DNA from: Octopus sinensis
Lineage: Eukaryota
Length of the DNA: 64,000 nt
Assembly: GCF_006345805.1 (NCBI RefSeq)
Contig: NC_043011.1
Span: 33,244,464-33,308,463, forward strand
Direction: 5' to 3'
Positions 1-11,975 of the stretch are shown here, in pieces; positions within the stretch are counted from its first letter, which is position 1; every line of letters starts with the position of its first letter. The position numbers and the translations under genes are program-made. A model generated the notes under the pieces. It saw nothing but the letters and a program-made list of their open reading frames with translations, did no database searches and was not told where the DNA came from.

Positions 1-55
1 GAGGGTACAACCTGACAGACACACAGACACAAACTGCCGTTTATATATAGAGAGA
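1..55 (-). mobile_element. Probable 5' end of a non-autonomous Helitron (continues beyond the window start)
   Basis: Minus strand reads A|TCTCTCTATATATAAAC...GTGTCTGTGTGTCTGTC, the same style of 5' terminus as the complete Helitron at 26168-26453. Confidence 0.45.
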
Positions 56-80
56 TAAAACCATCCGGATTTCTTCTAAT

Positions 81-115
<35 letters not shown>

Positions 116-143
116 GATATATATATATATATATATATATATA

Positions 144-302
144 CGGTGGGCTTCTTTCAGTTTCCGTCAACTAAATCCACTCACAAGGCTTTAGTCAACC
201 CGAAGCTTTAGTGGAAGACACTTGCCCAAGGTGCCACGCAGTGGGACTGAACCCTGAACCATGTGGTTGGGAAGCAAGCCTCTTACCACACAGCCACTCC
301 TG
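144..302 (-). mobile_element. SINE family A, 5' half (tRNA-like head plus CORE-like segment)
   Basis: Reverse complement of the GGAGTGGCTGTGTGGTAAG...GGTTCAGTCCCACTGCGTGGCACCTTGGGCAAGTGTCTT...GAAACTGAAAGAAGCCC motif found in many copies in the window. Confidence 0.85.
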
Positions 303-352
303 TTATATTTTTCAAAGTGTCCTGTCTTTATCTTTTCCGTCTTATTTTCCAA

Positions 353-535
353 GTGACTCCGTCGGATACGACGGCGAGTGTTCCAGTTGATCCGACCAAT
401 CAACGGAACAGCCAGCTCTTGAAATTAACGTGCAAGTGGCTGAGTACTCCACAGACACGCGTACCGTTAAAATAGTTCTCAGGGAGATTCAGCGTGACAC
501 AATGTGACACGGCTCTCTCCTTTAAATTACCGGAC
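353..535 (-). mobile_element. SINE family C, 3' part
   Basis: Reverse complement of the tail of the copy at 19488-19859 (GTGTCTGTGGAGTACTCAG...GTTCCGTTGAT...CGACGGAGT). Confidence 0.7.
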
Positions 536-721
536 AAAATTCATTTTTGTGAGCTGAATTTATTTACTTCCACCATGAAGTCAAAAGTTAATCTCGAACT
601 TCTGTTCTAGACATTTCCTTGGTGGTTCATAACGAAAGAAAAGTTCATTCAAAAAGTATTTCTATTCCATTCTATTTATTTCTCCTTTTTGCGATCTACG
701 AAAATAAGCTTTCATAGTTCT

Positions 722-1138
722 TATTCTTTTCTACTCTAGGCACAAGGCCCGAAAGTTTGTGTGTGTCGGGGGGGGGGGGGGCAGTCGATTAGATCGACTC
801 AAGTACGCAACTGGTACTAAATTTATCGACCCCGAAAGGATGAAAGGCAAAGCCGACCTCGCCGGAATTTGAATTCAGAACGTAAAGACAGACGAAATAC
901 CTATTTCTATTTCTTTACTACTCACAAGGGGCTAAACATAGAGAGGACAAACAAGGACAGACAAACGAATTAAGTCGATTACATCGACCTCAGTGCGCAA
1001 CTGGTACTTAATTTATCGATCCCGAAAGGATGAAAGGCAAAGTCGACTTCGGCGGAATTTGAACTCAGAACGTAACGGCAGATGAAATAAGGCTACGCAT
1101 TTCGCCCGGCGTGCTAACGTTTCTGCCAGCTCGCCGCC
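722..1138 (-). mobile_element. SINE family B with two internal tandem units
   Basis: Head GGCGAGCTGGCAGAAACGTTAGC; the core GCCTTTCATCCTTTCGGGGTCGATAAATTAAGTACCAG occurs twice; tail GGCCTTGTGCCTAGAGTAGAAAAGAAT. Confidence 0.85.
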
Positions 1139-1300
1139 TTTTTCAAAGTTCTTATTTGTGAGTCGACATGGACAGTTACAATGGCTTCCACATATTTTTA
1201 GCATTGATAAAAAGAAACAAGCATATAAACAAATACTTCGTCTTCTCCTTCTTCTTCTTCTTCGTTTAGGCACAAACCAAGATCCGCTCTTACAACATTG

Positions 1301-1520
1301 GTAATAATGGTTCCAAATTTTGGCACTCGAGCAGCTATTTTAGAGGAAGACGGCTAGTCGATTACATCGACTCCAATGCTCAACTGGTACTTATTTTATC
1401 GAACTTGAAAGGATCAAAAGCAAAGTCGATATCGGAGGAATTCGAACTCGGGGCATAAACTGGTGAAAGAAATGCCTCTCAGCACATCGCCTGATGTGCT
1501 AACGATTTTGCCAGCTCGCC
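1301..1520 (-). mobile_element. SINE family B, single-unit copy
   Basis: Head, core and (ATT)-type tail are homologous to 722-1138. Confidence 0.75.
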
Positions 1521-1734
1521 GATAATGACTAATAAATTTTGACTTCATTCGCAAGAACAGTGACCTGTTTTGGTTTTTGTTAGAAAGTTTTATTTTGTTT
1601 TTTTTTGTTTTTGTTTTTCGTCTTTTGTTTCCTATTTTGCTTTAGTTCGTGTGTACGAAGAATATTCTGGAAGGCATTATCTTTGTGATTGCCTATGCAA
1701 TTCAATTGCTCTATGTTCATTGTTGTCATTGTTG

Positions 1735-1747
1735 CTGTTGCTGCTGT

Positions 1748-1780
<33 letters not shown>

Positions 1781-1951
1781 GGAGGAGGAGGAGGAGGAGA
1801 GAATGAAGCTGATGATGATGATGATGATTGAAATTATCATCATCATGAAGATGGTGAAATTGAAGATTATGTGATGATGACGATGATAATGATAACGATG
1901 ATGATGATGACGACAACCAGAGATGATGATGGTGACGACGACGACGACGAC

Positions 1952-1992
<41 letters not shown>

Positions 1993-2025
1993 CGATGATG
2001 ATAACGACGGCGACGAAGGTGGTGG
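1735..2025. repeat. Compound trinucleotide microsatellite (GAT/GAG/GAC)n
   Basis: Direct inspection; explains several low-complexity ORFs. Confidence 0.95.
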
Positions 2026-2604
2026 GGGTTGATGCTAATGCTCTTGAAAATAAAAAATATGGACCAAACAAGTTAATTTATTTATTTTTTTTCTTTTCAT
2101 TTTCTTTTCTTTCCGTTTCTTTCTTTTTCTTTTTCTTTTCCTAATGTATTATGCACTAAACCGACTGATATAGAATTGTGTCAGTCGTTAGATCGCCAGT
2201 TAGAATGCCTTGCGTTCTGAATTCAGATCCCGCCTTAACCAATGTTATATCTTTAATTCATTGAGAGTTAGACAATAATATTGTCATTGATAACGCAAAT
2301 GTATAAAAAATCAGAAATTTGTTTCGTTTTAATTTCCCTTCTTTTATTCTTTTATTTGTTTCGGTCATTGGACTGCGGCCATGCTGGCCACTGGCTTGTT
2401 TGTATAAAATCCACCATAAATGTTTGATTATATATTGAGAGTCGATGATTGTATTCCACTGCTCTCGCTCCCTCCCCTTCTCTCTCTCTCTCTACATGTG
2501 TCTGCGTGTGTGCATGTGTACATATAAACATACATACATATATAGCGCGAAACCGATTGGTAAGATCGGCCGTAATGAATATATAATACTGTACATTTCG
2601 GATT

Positions 2605-2709
2605 ATATGTGTGTGTGTGTGGTGTGTGTGTGTGTGTGTGTGGTGTGTGTGCGTGTGTGGTGCGCGCGTATGTATGTTATATATATATATATGTATATAT
2701 ATGTATGTA

Positions 2710-2780
<71 letters not shown>
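2605..2780. repeat. (TG)n/(TA)n microsatellite
   Basis: Direct inspection. Confidence 0.95.
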
Positions 2781-2781
<1 letters not shown>

Positions 2782-2970
2782 TATTGAAGTAGATAAATGA
2801 ATTATCTTATTACGGATAATTCAAATGATAACCGAAACCTGTGGTAGCAAAAATCACAACAGAAAGAGCACGGTTGAAGTTACGACCATGGGGCATAAAA
2901 TTTTGTTAAATCTTCGTCCAGCTCCATTCTTTCCTACACTTAATATATATGTATATATATATATATATAC

Positions 2971-5562
2971 TCTCCCAACCTACTCATGATGGGAGACTTC
3001 AATCTACCCTGTGTTGACTGGACTACAAACTGTTTGAAACCAAGCACTCCCGCCTCAACCGCTGACAAAGAAGCAGCAGAGTCACTTTTCGACTTTACGA
3101 ATGAGTTTTTCTTGTCCCAACTTGTCCTTGCACAACAAGACATCAGAAGAACATTTTGGACCTAGTGTTTAGTAACCACACTAACACTATACATAACGTT
3201 ACAGTGGAAAAAACCCTTCTTTCAGACCATGACATGGTTCTCTGTAACATGAAATTCCACCAGCCGAAAGCTAATCCTAGTGACCTCCCTCCAGCCCACC
3301 CATTTGATAACATGGATCTCCATAATGCCAACTGGGATGCAATCAGGAACGAGCTATCACATGTTGACTGGTCCTTTACACATACACACATCTCCACCAA
3401 CCATAAAACATCTTGGCAGATCTTTGTAGACACCGTCACAGACATATGTGCAAAACACCCCACCAAGACCTGTGAACAAAAAGTGCAGAATCCCCAAAAC
3501 AGAAAAACTATTATCAGAAAAATAAAAAGAACAAACAAAAAAATTAACAAACTAAAGTACTGCCAACAGCAACACACACATTCGACGGCTATCGCACTGC
3601 TTGAATCCAAAAAATATAACCTTCAACAATGCATGAAGACCCTCATCAATAACCAAAGATCAGCTGAGGAGAAGTGGGCCATTGAAAAAATCAAACTCAA
3701 CCCCAAAGTGTTCTTTTCATTTGCGAGGAAACGCAGGGTCACTGTCTCCATTGTTCGCCCTCTAATTGATGAAACTGGCACTCTCCAAGATAATGCCAAA
3801 TCCATGGCCGAGATACTGCAGAAACAATACTGCTCTGTTTTCAGCAATCCTGATATGGCCGATCTGGGCTGTATCAGTGATGTCAACCCCCAACACACTA
3901 TATCGGACATAACGTTTAGTGCCCCTGATGTCTTAGCGGCGATAAATGAAATAAAACACAATTCAGCAGTAGGCCCCGATAGGTTCCCTGCTTGTGTCCT
4001 GAAGGTGTGTCGACACCAACTTGCATCTCCCCTTGCTAATCTGTGGAGAAACTCACTGGATGCTGGCTATATTCCAAAAAACCTTCTGTCCCAGTCTGTT
4101 GTCCCAGTTTTCAAAAAGGGAAACAAGTCCCTTGCAGTGAACTACCGTCCGATCTCACTCACCTCTCATATCATCAAGGTATTTGAGAGGGTGGTGAGAT
4201 CTCGAATAACCCAATTTCTGGAAAGCAACAGACGGCTGATCTCTAACCAACATGGGTTCCGCAATGGAAGGGACTGACTAACGCAGCTCCTGCATCACTT
4301 TGATGACATTTTGAGAGCTTTGGGAGAGGGCTCCAACACCGATGTCATCTACCTTGATTTCAGTAAGGCCTTCGACAGGGTCGATCACAAGATCCTATTG
4401 AAAAAACTATCCAACATTGGTGTCTCTGGAAAGTTACTGAAATGGATCAAGTGTTTCCTGACATGTTGTAGTTGAAGGGGTAAAATCAAGCCCAGCCAAA
4501 GTCAGTAGTGGCGTTCCGCAGGCACTGTGCGGGCCCACTTCTTTTCATCATCTACATTAAGACATCAATGATCATCAAGCACAGCAACATAAAAATCTTT
4601 GCAGATGATTCCAAGCTACAGAAGGTCATAAATGAGGCGAGTGACCGGACATGCCTTCGTCAGATCTACTGGCTGTTATCCAATGGGCAGAAAAAAAAAC
4701 AATATGCTGCTGAACGAGGATAAATTTGAGTTAATCCACTTTGGAAAAGAGGATGCCCTGAAACTCCCATACTCCCTTCCTTCAGGTGAAACTCTCGCGG
4801 CGTCCAACAACATCAGAGACTTGGAGTAATTGTGGACAACAACATAAGCTGGGCCACTCATATAAACCACCAAAGTTGACATGGCCCGCAGATGTGTTCC
4901 TGGATTCTCAGAACTTTCCAGTCGAGAGATATCAACACCATTATCCTTCTCTTCTCCACTTTTGCCCGACCCCACCTTGAATACTGTTGTCCACTGTGGT
5001 CTCCCCACACAATACAAGTATCATAAAAGTTGAAGCACCTCAAAGGGCAATCACAAGAAAGATAGATGGCATGACAGGCCTCGACTATTGGGGTCGACTA
5101 GAAAAGCTAAAACTTTATTCTCTCCAACGTCGTCGTGAGTGCTACATCATCTGCATGATGTGGAAAATATTCCATCAGCATTGCCCAAAATGATGGTGGC
5201 ATCACCTTTAAGGTACACCAAGGCTGGCCCCGTGCCATCCGCCCAAAACAAAAATCGCACTCTCATCTCATAACAACAATACGGCACAAATTATTTCACC
5301 TCAATTGGCCCCTCTCTCTTAACATTACACCCAAAACACATTAAAACAGAAACGACCTATAGGGTTCAAGAAGTCTTTGGACAGATTCCTTCAAGAAATC
5401 CCGGATAAACCCCCTACACCCGGATATGTCTCTGTAAAACAATAACTCTCTACTTGAGTGGGCCATAGTGCCCAAATTCTGACTGAAAGACTTCACCAGT
5501 GTGCTATAAGTTAGACATGGTCTGGGCCAATAATGGCCGCAAACCTATCAAAGTATCAAAGT
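2971..5562 (+). mobile_element. 5'-truncated, disrupted CR1-type LINE (end of APE endonuclease plus reverse transcriptase)
   Basis: Translations give MGDFNLPCVDW, ILDLVFSN, NYRPISLTSHIIKVFE, NQHGFR, YLDFSKAFDRVDHKILLKKL, SGVPQ..GPLLFIIY, FADDSKL, RPHLEYCCPLWSP and LEKLKLYSLQRRRE. There is an in-frame stop at 4275-4277 and later frameshifts. The 3' end is a short tandem (TATCAAAG)2. Confidence 0.92.
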
Positions 5563-5611
5563 TATATATATATATAATATATATATATATATATCTATAT
5601 ATATATATAAT

Positions 5612-5790
5612 AGAGTGGTAAAAACGGTAAGATAACAAAAGAAAGAAGAGACCTCAATATTATGTAAAGAGGAATCTATTTGTAAAATAATATGTGACAA
5701 TATTCGGTAGCCAAGATAAAACTCGGCATCCGAAACTCAGAGTTTTATCTTGGCTACCGAATAATTGTCACATATTATTTTTACAGATAC
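5612..5790. mobile_element. Fold-back element family F1, copy 1 (Penelope-like terminus, 3' half of an HHR)
   Basis: Inverted arms 5681-5724 and 5740-5785; carries CGAAACTCAGAGTTTTATC; homologous to 12590-12856; flanked by TA/CA microsatellites. Confidence 0.7.
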
Positions 5791-5825
5791 ACACACACAC
5801 ACACACAACATATATATATATATAT

Positions 5826-6665
5826 CCTGTTCTTGACTGAAGATAAAAGGCTTCGAACGACCCGTCCGTGTTTTTTTTTTGTATCGTCTATCTGGATGTT
5901 TTGTTGTCCCGTTTTGCGTTCTTGTCCCTTTTTGTATTTTATTTTATATTTTTTTAGCGGCGTATGTACACTTTGTTCTCTTATATGTAAGTACACATTT
6001 CACTAAATCTTGTACGACTTTTTTCAAAACTTTCTCCCCACTCTCTCACAATTCTTTGGCTTTCTTACTTTGCACTTCACTATGTCCCTGTCTCTCTTTT
6101 TTTTCCTCGCCACTCCTTGATTCTTCAGTCTATCTACTTCTTCTACACACACTCTCTCTCGCTCTCTCTTCTCCCCTCCTTAATTCCTTTGTTCCCCTTT
6201 TTCTCTCTCTTCTCTTCTCACGTGACCGTTGGCCAACCGCTAGCCCTTTTGCGTTTGACTGTGGTCACTGCCACGTCGATATTCTTCCCTCTGCCGTAAG
6301 GCTTAATTTCCATACACGCCAGCTGAATTCAATTCGTTCCCAGTCGAAAGACGCCTGTTGTTATTATTATTATTATTGTTTTTTTATTGTATTTTGTATT
6401 TATATTCGTGTAACATCGTCTGTTTTTCTGTGCTTGTTTCGTATACATTCGTTGCTTTTTTCCCAAGGAATCTAATGCTCTTAGTTTAGTTTTTCCTTGG
6501 GGCTGGCCAGATTGGAGCAATCTCAAGATTAATCAGCCGAAATTGCGAGGATGATCCGGTTCTTGACTGAAGATAAAAGGCTTCGAATGAACCGTCCGTG
6601 TTTTTTTGTATCGTCTATTGGATGTTTTGGTCTCGTTTCGTTGCGTTCTTGTCTCATTTGATTTT
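5826..6665 (+). repeat. ~110-bp direct repeat pair (about 5826-5935 and 6556-6665)
   Basis: GTTCTTGACTGAAGATAAAAGGCTTCGAA..ACC(C)GTCCGTGTTTTTTTGTATCGTCTAT occurs twice. Confidence 0.75.
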
Positions 6666-6809
6666 ATTATATATCTATATTTATATATATATATATTATT
6701 ATATATATATTTATATATTATATATATATTATATATATATGGTGTGTGTGTGTGTGTGTGGGTGTGTGTGTGTGGGTGTGTGTGTTGGTGTGTGTGTGTG
6801 TGTGTTTGT

Positions 6810-6846
<37 letters not shown>

Positions 6847-6918
6847 ATGTATGTAGTATGATGTATGTATGTGTATGTATGTATATATGTATATATATGT
6901 ATGTATATATTATATACA
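6665..6918. repeat. (TA)n/(TG)n/(TATG)n microsatellite
   Basis: Direct inspection. Confidence 0.95.
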
Positions 6919-6920
6919 TA

Positions 6921-7313
6921 GGCGCAGGAGTAGCTGTGTGGTAAGTAGCTTGCTTACGAACCACATGGTTCTCTGTTCAGTCCCACTGCGTGACATCTTG
7001 GACAAGTGTCTTCTACTATAGCCTCGGGTCGACCAAAACCTTGTGAGTAGATTTGGTAGATGGAAACTAAAAGAAGCCCGTCGTATATATGTATATGTTT
7101 GTGTGTCTGTGTTTGTCCCTCAAACATCGCTTGACAACTGATGCTGGTTTGTTTACGTCCCCGTAACATAGCGGTTCGGCAAAAGAGACCGACAGAATAA
7201 GTACTAGGCTTACAAAGAATAAGTCCTGGGGTCGATTCGTTCGACTAAAGGCGGTGCTCCAGCATGGCCACAGTCATATGACTGAAACAAGTAAAAGAGT
7301 AAACGAGAGTAAA
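6921..7313 (+). mobile_element. SINE family A, full length
   Basis: A/B-box-like head (TAGCTGTGTGG, GTTCAGTCCC), CORE-like GACATCTTGGACAAGTGTCTT, internal TA/TG run, 3' half ending ACTGAAACAAGTAAAAGAGT. Confidence 0.9.
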
Positions 7314-7449
7314 TCTTATTAATATTTAATTGTAAAAATATAATAGGATTTTTTTAAAACAGAATGTTTATAAGGGTCCATCCTAAGTAAAATGAGAGTC
7401 AGAGGGAGTCCAGAAGTAAAAAATACCTTTGACAACCACTGGTTTAGTC

Positions 7450-7780
7450 GAACATACTAATCCCAGTAACTATCTTTAAGTCTGGTACTTATTCTATCGG
7501 TGTCTATTACCGAACCGCTAAGTTACAGGTATATAAAAAAAATGCCCAACACCAATTGTCAAGTGGGGCCCGCGCGCACACACACACACATACACATATG
7601 CACGTACACACACACATACAAACGACGGGCTTCCACACCGTTTCCTTCTAGCAAATTCACTAACAAGGCATTGGTCGGTCCGGGTTTATAGTAGAATAAA
7701 TTTGTCCAAGATGCCACGCTGTGGGATTGAACCCGAAACCACGCGGTTGCAAAGCGAGCTTCTTAACCACACATCCCTAC
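7450..7780 (-). mobile_element. SINE family A, diverged
   Basis: Reverse-complement homology to 6921-7313. Confidence 0.75.
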
Positions 7781-7995
7781 CTGTTATGTTTTTAATGGTA
7801 TGTTTGATTACATTGTATCACGTGTCCTTTCCTGATTTAAAGGTGACAGGGTATGTGGTTTGAGGGAGGAGATTTGACCGCAAGTCGAGTATTCGTATTG
7901 AAGCTCAACATCCAACTGTGGATCGTATGGACAACATCAACAATAACACCAACCACAGCAACAATACAAAGAGCCTTCTTGATTGCAGAGAAATC

Positions 7996-8416
7996 TGACG
8001 TAACTGGACCCGGAAGTGACGAACGATTACGTCACACAAGCAGACACCTGCTTAGGTTGATGTTTTAGCCGAAGCCTGAAGCACTTTTTTTTATTACGCT
8101 GTGTTGCCTCTTCTCCCGCTCATACACACGCATTCTCACTTTTTCTCTCTATCACTGTACGTATAAGCAAGCGAACAGCAGTAAACAGACACCTATATAA
8201 AAGATAATAAATATATACATATATTATACACATATTATATATATATATATATAATATATATATATAAACATATTTTAATATATATATATATAAGCATATA
8301 TATATATAAACATATTTTAATATATATATATATTTTACCTATATATCTATAGATTTTATATGGTGTGTTTTCCGCCTTGCGCTGCTATTTTGCAAAAATT
8401 ATCTTTATCGGTAAGT
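7996..8416 (+). promoter_or_regulatory. Candidate housekeeping-type promoter and first exon
   Basis: TGACGTAA at 7996-8003, CCGGAAGTGACG (ETS/CRE composite) at 8010-8021, TTACGTCA at about 8027-8034, a pyrimidine initiator-like CCTCTTCTCC near 8106, and a splice donor ATCG|GTAAGT at 8411-8416. Confidence 0.45.
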
Positions 8417-10580
8417 AAACATTTATAACCAGTTACACAATTATTTTCATACATACTCGTGTTTCTTTTTGCTCTCACTCGGTAATATTAAGCAATATTG
8501 TATTGTGTATGTATCAGCTTTATTATCATTATTATTTACGATGTAAAAAATATCAGTTTCAGGTGCGCGTTGCACCTTATGTTTAACGTTCGTACAGCTG
8601 TTTTTGATGTTGATAAAGTACAATTTTTATTATGTTCAAATGCTTTCTTTCATGTTATTATCGTAAAATATTATTGTTCGTGTTCTTGTGATAAATATAT
8701 TATGAATGTTATGACGATGCATTTTTGTTATTTATTGTATGTTTAGATTCTTCTCCGTTATTCAGATTATATTTATACGTATATAATGGTATGTTTTCTC
8801 TTTTAAAATGACGATTGAAACCTTTTTCAATTTAATTCATTATTTTTATCAGCTTAAGGCATTATACTTTCTGTCTCCAACCTCTTGGGCCTTTATAGCC
8901 AATAAAAGAATGCTACCTTTTTTCTATTTTCCTTTAAAAACTTGTAGCGTTTTAACAGGTGACCTTACTGTTTAAATTATTATTAAAAAATTTTTTTCCT
9001 ACGTAACTTCATTCATAGTTTAAAACAATGAATCAAAGAAATTGACAAATGTATACACTTAAGCGTATTATAATATACGTTTAGTGATAACACTTTTCTT
9101 TTTTCTTTCTTTCTTTCATCAGAACTGAAAGATAAACATGAATGAACCGAACAAAAGGCAATAACAATGACAACAAGACGCTCGTTTGATTCACAAAGCG
9201 AATCTTGTTACTGAATGTTATTGTTTGAAAATGTTCTCATCTGTTGTTTTTTTTTTATATACGTATTTCCTACGTCAGGGCCGGATTGAGTCCAACTTAT
9301 GCCCTAACAACAATCCGACAAAGGTTTTTCTCATCGACCCTTCCATTGTCTTCCAGAGAAGACTTTAAGATAATAAATATTGAATTTGAAATGATAATAG
9401 ATCAACAAATTCAGTTTTCTAGATTATACCACAAGCTAGGCCACACAACTATATTAAGTATAGCCTTTTATTTTATTGTTTTCCTTTTGTTGTTGTGTAT
9501 GGTATTTACTGAAACAACGGGAAGAGATGAAAATTTTCGTAACTTACATAAAAAAAAACCAACCTGTTATTTTATATCTTTTGCACCAAGGTAAATTCGA
9601 CATTGAAAAAAAAAGAAAATCAGGGGTACTTTCTTTCCTTTGTACCCTAAGCATGTTATTTATTTATTTATTTTTTTTTGTTTGATAATTTAATATAGGT
9701 ACATGCCTTACACAATGAACAAATTCGTATATGGAAAAATCCAATGATTTTATATTCTTTTATTTCTTAACCCCTCCACTTTGTGTGTGTAATATATATA
9801 AAGCGTTTGAAAACTTCGTCTTTAGTTCCATTCATTAACTCGCTTTGTGAAGGAAGAAAATAACTAGTCAGATCTACCCTAGAAAGCGCTGTCGTCCATC
9901 CTTATAAATACTCTTATTGTTGCTAAGTAGCAGGTCACGTTTGATTGAGCAGATCTACGTTCAGATCATCCCGTCTTTTTACGGATGTTTAGATGTGCCA
10001 TTTATGAAATGTGTCGCTCTTTTCTCTCTCTCTCTCTCTCTCACTCTCTTTTCCTAAAGGCGGTAAGGTGTTATTTGAGGAAGATTGACTGCTATTTCTA
10101 GCATGTCTAGCTACCACGTACTAGCGACGAGCTCTTTCGTTGGCTAAAACAATCTAGTGGACTCCCTCACATCCATTATATACACGGGAGACTCTAAGTG
10201 GCCGCTTGCCCGGCTAAATATAACAGCAAAATCTTCCTTGAGATTATAAGAAGAGACAAAAAAAAAAAGAAACAGAAAAAGACAATTTAATAAATTCTCT
10301 AAAAAAATTAGATGAGATGGTCATGGTTGGAACGATTTGATTGCGGCACCCCCTCCGGCAAAGCAGGCCGGGGCGGGTGCTAACCCACCATCCTCACAAC
10401 CTTGAAATGAAAAGCCAACAGTTTATATAACTGGCAAACACGTGTGTAATTCAATTAGCCTAAGTCGTTTGCTATGTAAATAAAATACAAATGCTGCGAA
10501 TTTAAAAATACATTTTTTTAATATAATTACCACAGCGTACACATTCCCAAAACAAACAAAAGAGAAACAGGTAACAATAG

Positions 10581-10635
<55 letters not shown>

Positions 10636-10939
10636 CATGACATTTTAAACGACTTGATAAGCAAAATGTCAAATCCAAGACCTTGCTGCAGTGCGTCAAA
10701 AGAAATAGGAAAAAAAATGTCATCGAGGTTTTATAAGAATTTATCGCTTTATCTTTTGCTCCTATTAAACTCGTTGAACTTTGTCTAAAATTTCATTGTC
10801 TGTCGTAAACTTTGCCTTCAGCGTATACAGCTCTCTATTCCCTACGCCCATCTGTTTATCTCACATTCTATCTAACCTTGCGACTGTCTGTCTACTCGTA
10901 TGTCGTTTCTGCATCCACCTTTCCAATAGCTGAATATGT

Positions 10940-11965
10940 AGTTCAGAATGTCGCTTTGCAGCCACGTGGTGTCGAGTTCGGTCCCACTGCACGACACCTA
11001 GGGGCAAGTGTATTCTAAGCAAGTCAGCCCTGGACTGACTAACGAATGATGTCAGTTTAGTTGACAGAAACTGTAGAATGCCGTTGCGCGCGCGAGAGCG
11101 GTTTGGGTTCAACGCTCTACTTGTTGGTTTTGTTTAGGTCCCCGAAAATTTGCACTTTGGCAAAAGGGACCGATAGAATAAGTACTAAGCTTGAAAAAAG
11201 GTACTGAAGCCGGTTTTCTTTGACTAAACTCCTCAAAGCTGTACCGTGTGTTTGTCCTCGATCCCCATTGGTCGAGAACCGATGTTTGTTTACGTCCCAG
11301 TAACTTAGCGGTTCGGCAAAGGTATTCGATTGACTAAGTACCTGACTTAAAAGGAGTAAATACTGGGGTCGATTTGTTCGACTAAACTAGTCGTGGACAA
11401 ATTGCGGCCCGCGGAACTTTCTGAAAAGTACGCCTAATGAAAAAAATATCTCCAATTTCTTTTAGTAGAGGGGCTTGCCTGATGATGAACCATGTTTCAC
11501 GTGGCCCACTTTTTGAAAAAGGTTGCCCATATCCCTTCAAGACAGTGCTCCAGTATGGTCGCAGTCAAGTGACTGGAACAAGAAATAGATTGGCGTGGCT
11601 GTATAGTAACAAGTTTGCTTATGAACCACATGGTTCTACTGCATGGCACCTTGGGCAAGTGCTTTCTGCTGTAACTTCGGGCCGGTCAAAACCTATGAGC
11701 AGATTTGGTTGACGGAAACTGTGTGGGAATCCGATATGTGTACGTGTTTTTGTATCTGTGTTTGTCCACCACTACCCCCACTTGAAAACCGGTGTTGGTG
11801 TGTTTACGCCCTCATAACCGAGCGATTTGACAAAGGAGACCTATAGAATAAGTACCGGGCTTTTGAAAAAGTAATTACCGTAGCAGAATCGTTCCACTAA
11901 ACATTCTTCACGACGGTGTCCCAGCATGGCCGCAGTCTAATGCCTGTAACAATTAAAAGGTAAAA
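10940..11965 (+). mobile_element. Two adjacent diverged SINE family A copies
   Basis: Repeated head, CORE-like and 3' modules (about 10940-11590 and 11592-11965). Confidence 0.75.
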
Positions 11966-11975
11966 AATAAATGTG

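Noticed and set aside
6456-6600. Possible hammerhead around GGCTG..CAGCC-GAAA and CTGAAGA..CGAA
   Set aside because: The core elements are in an incompatible order or lack stems II and III.
9138-9214. Possible C/D box snoRNA (ATGAATGA...CTGA)
   Set aside because: The C box does not fit RUGAUGA or k-turn pairing; kept only as a hairpin candidate.
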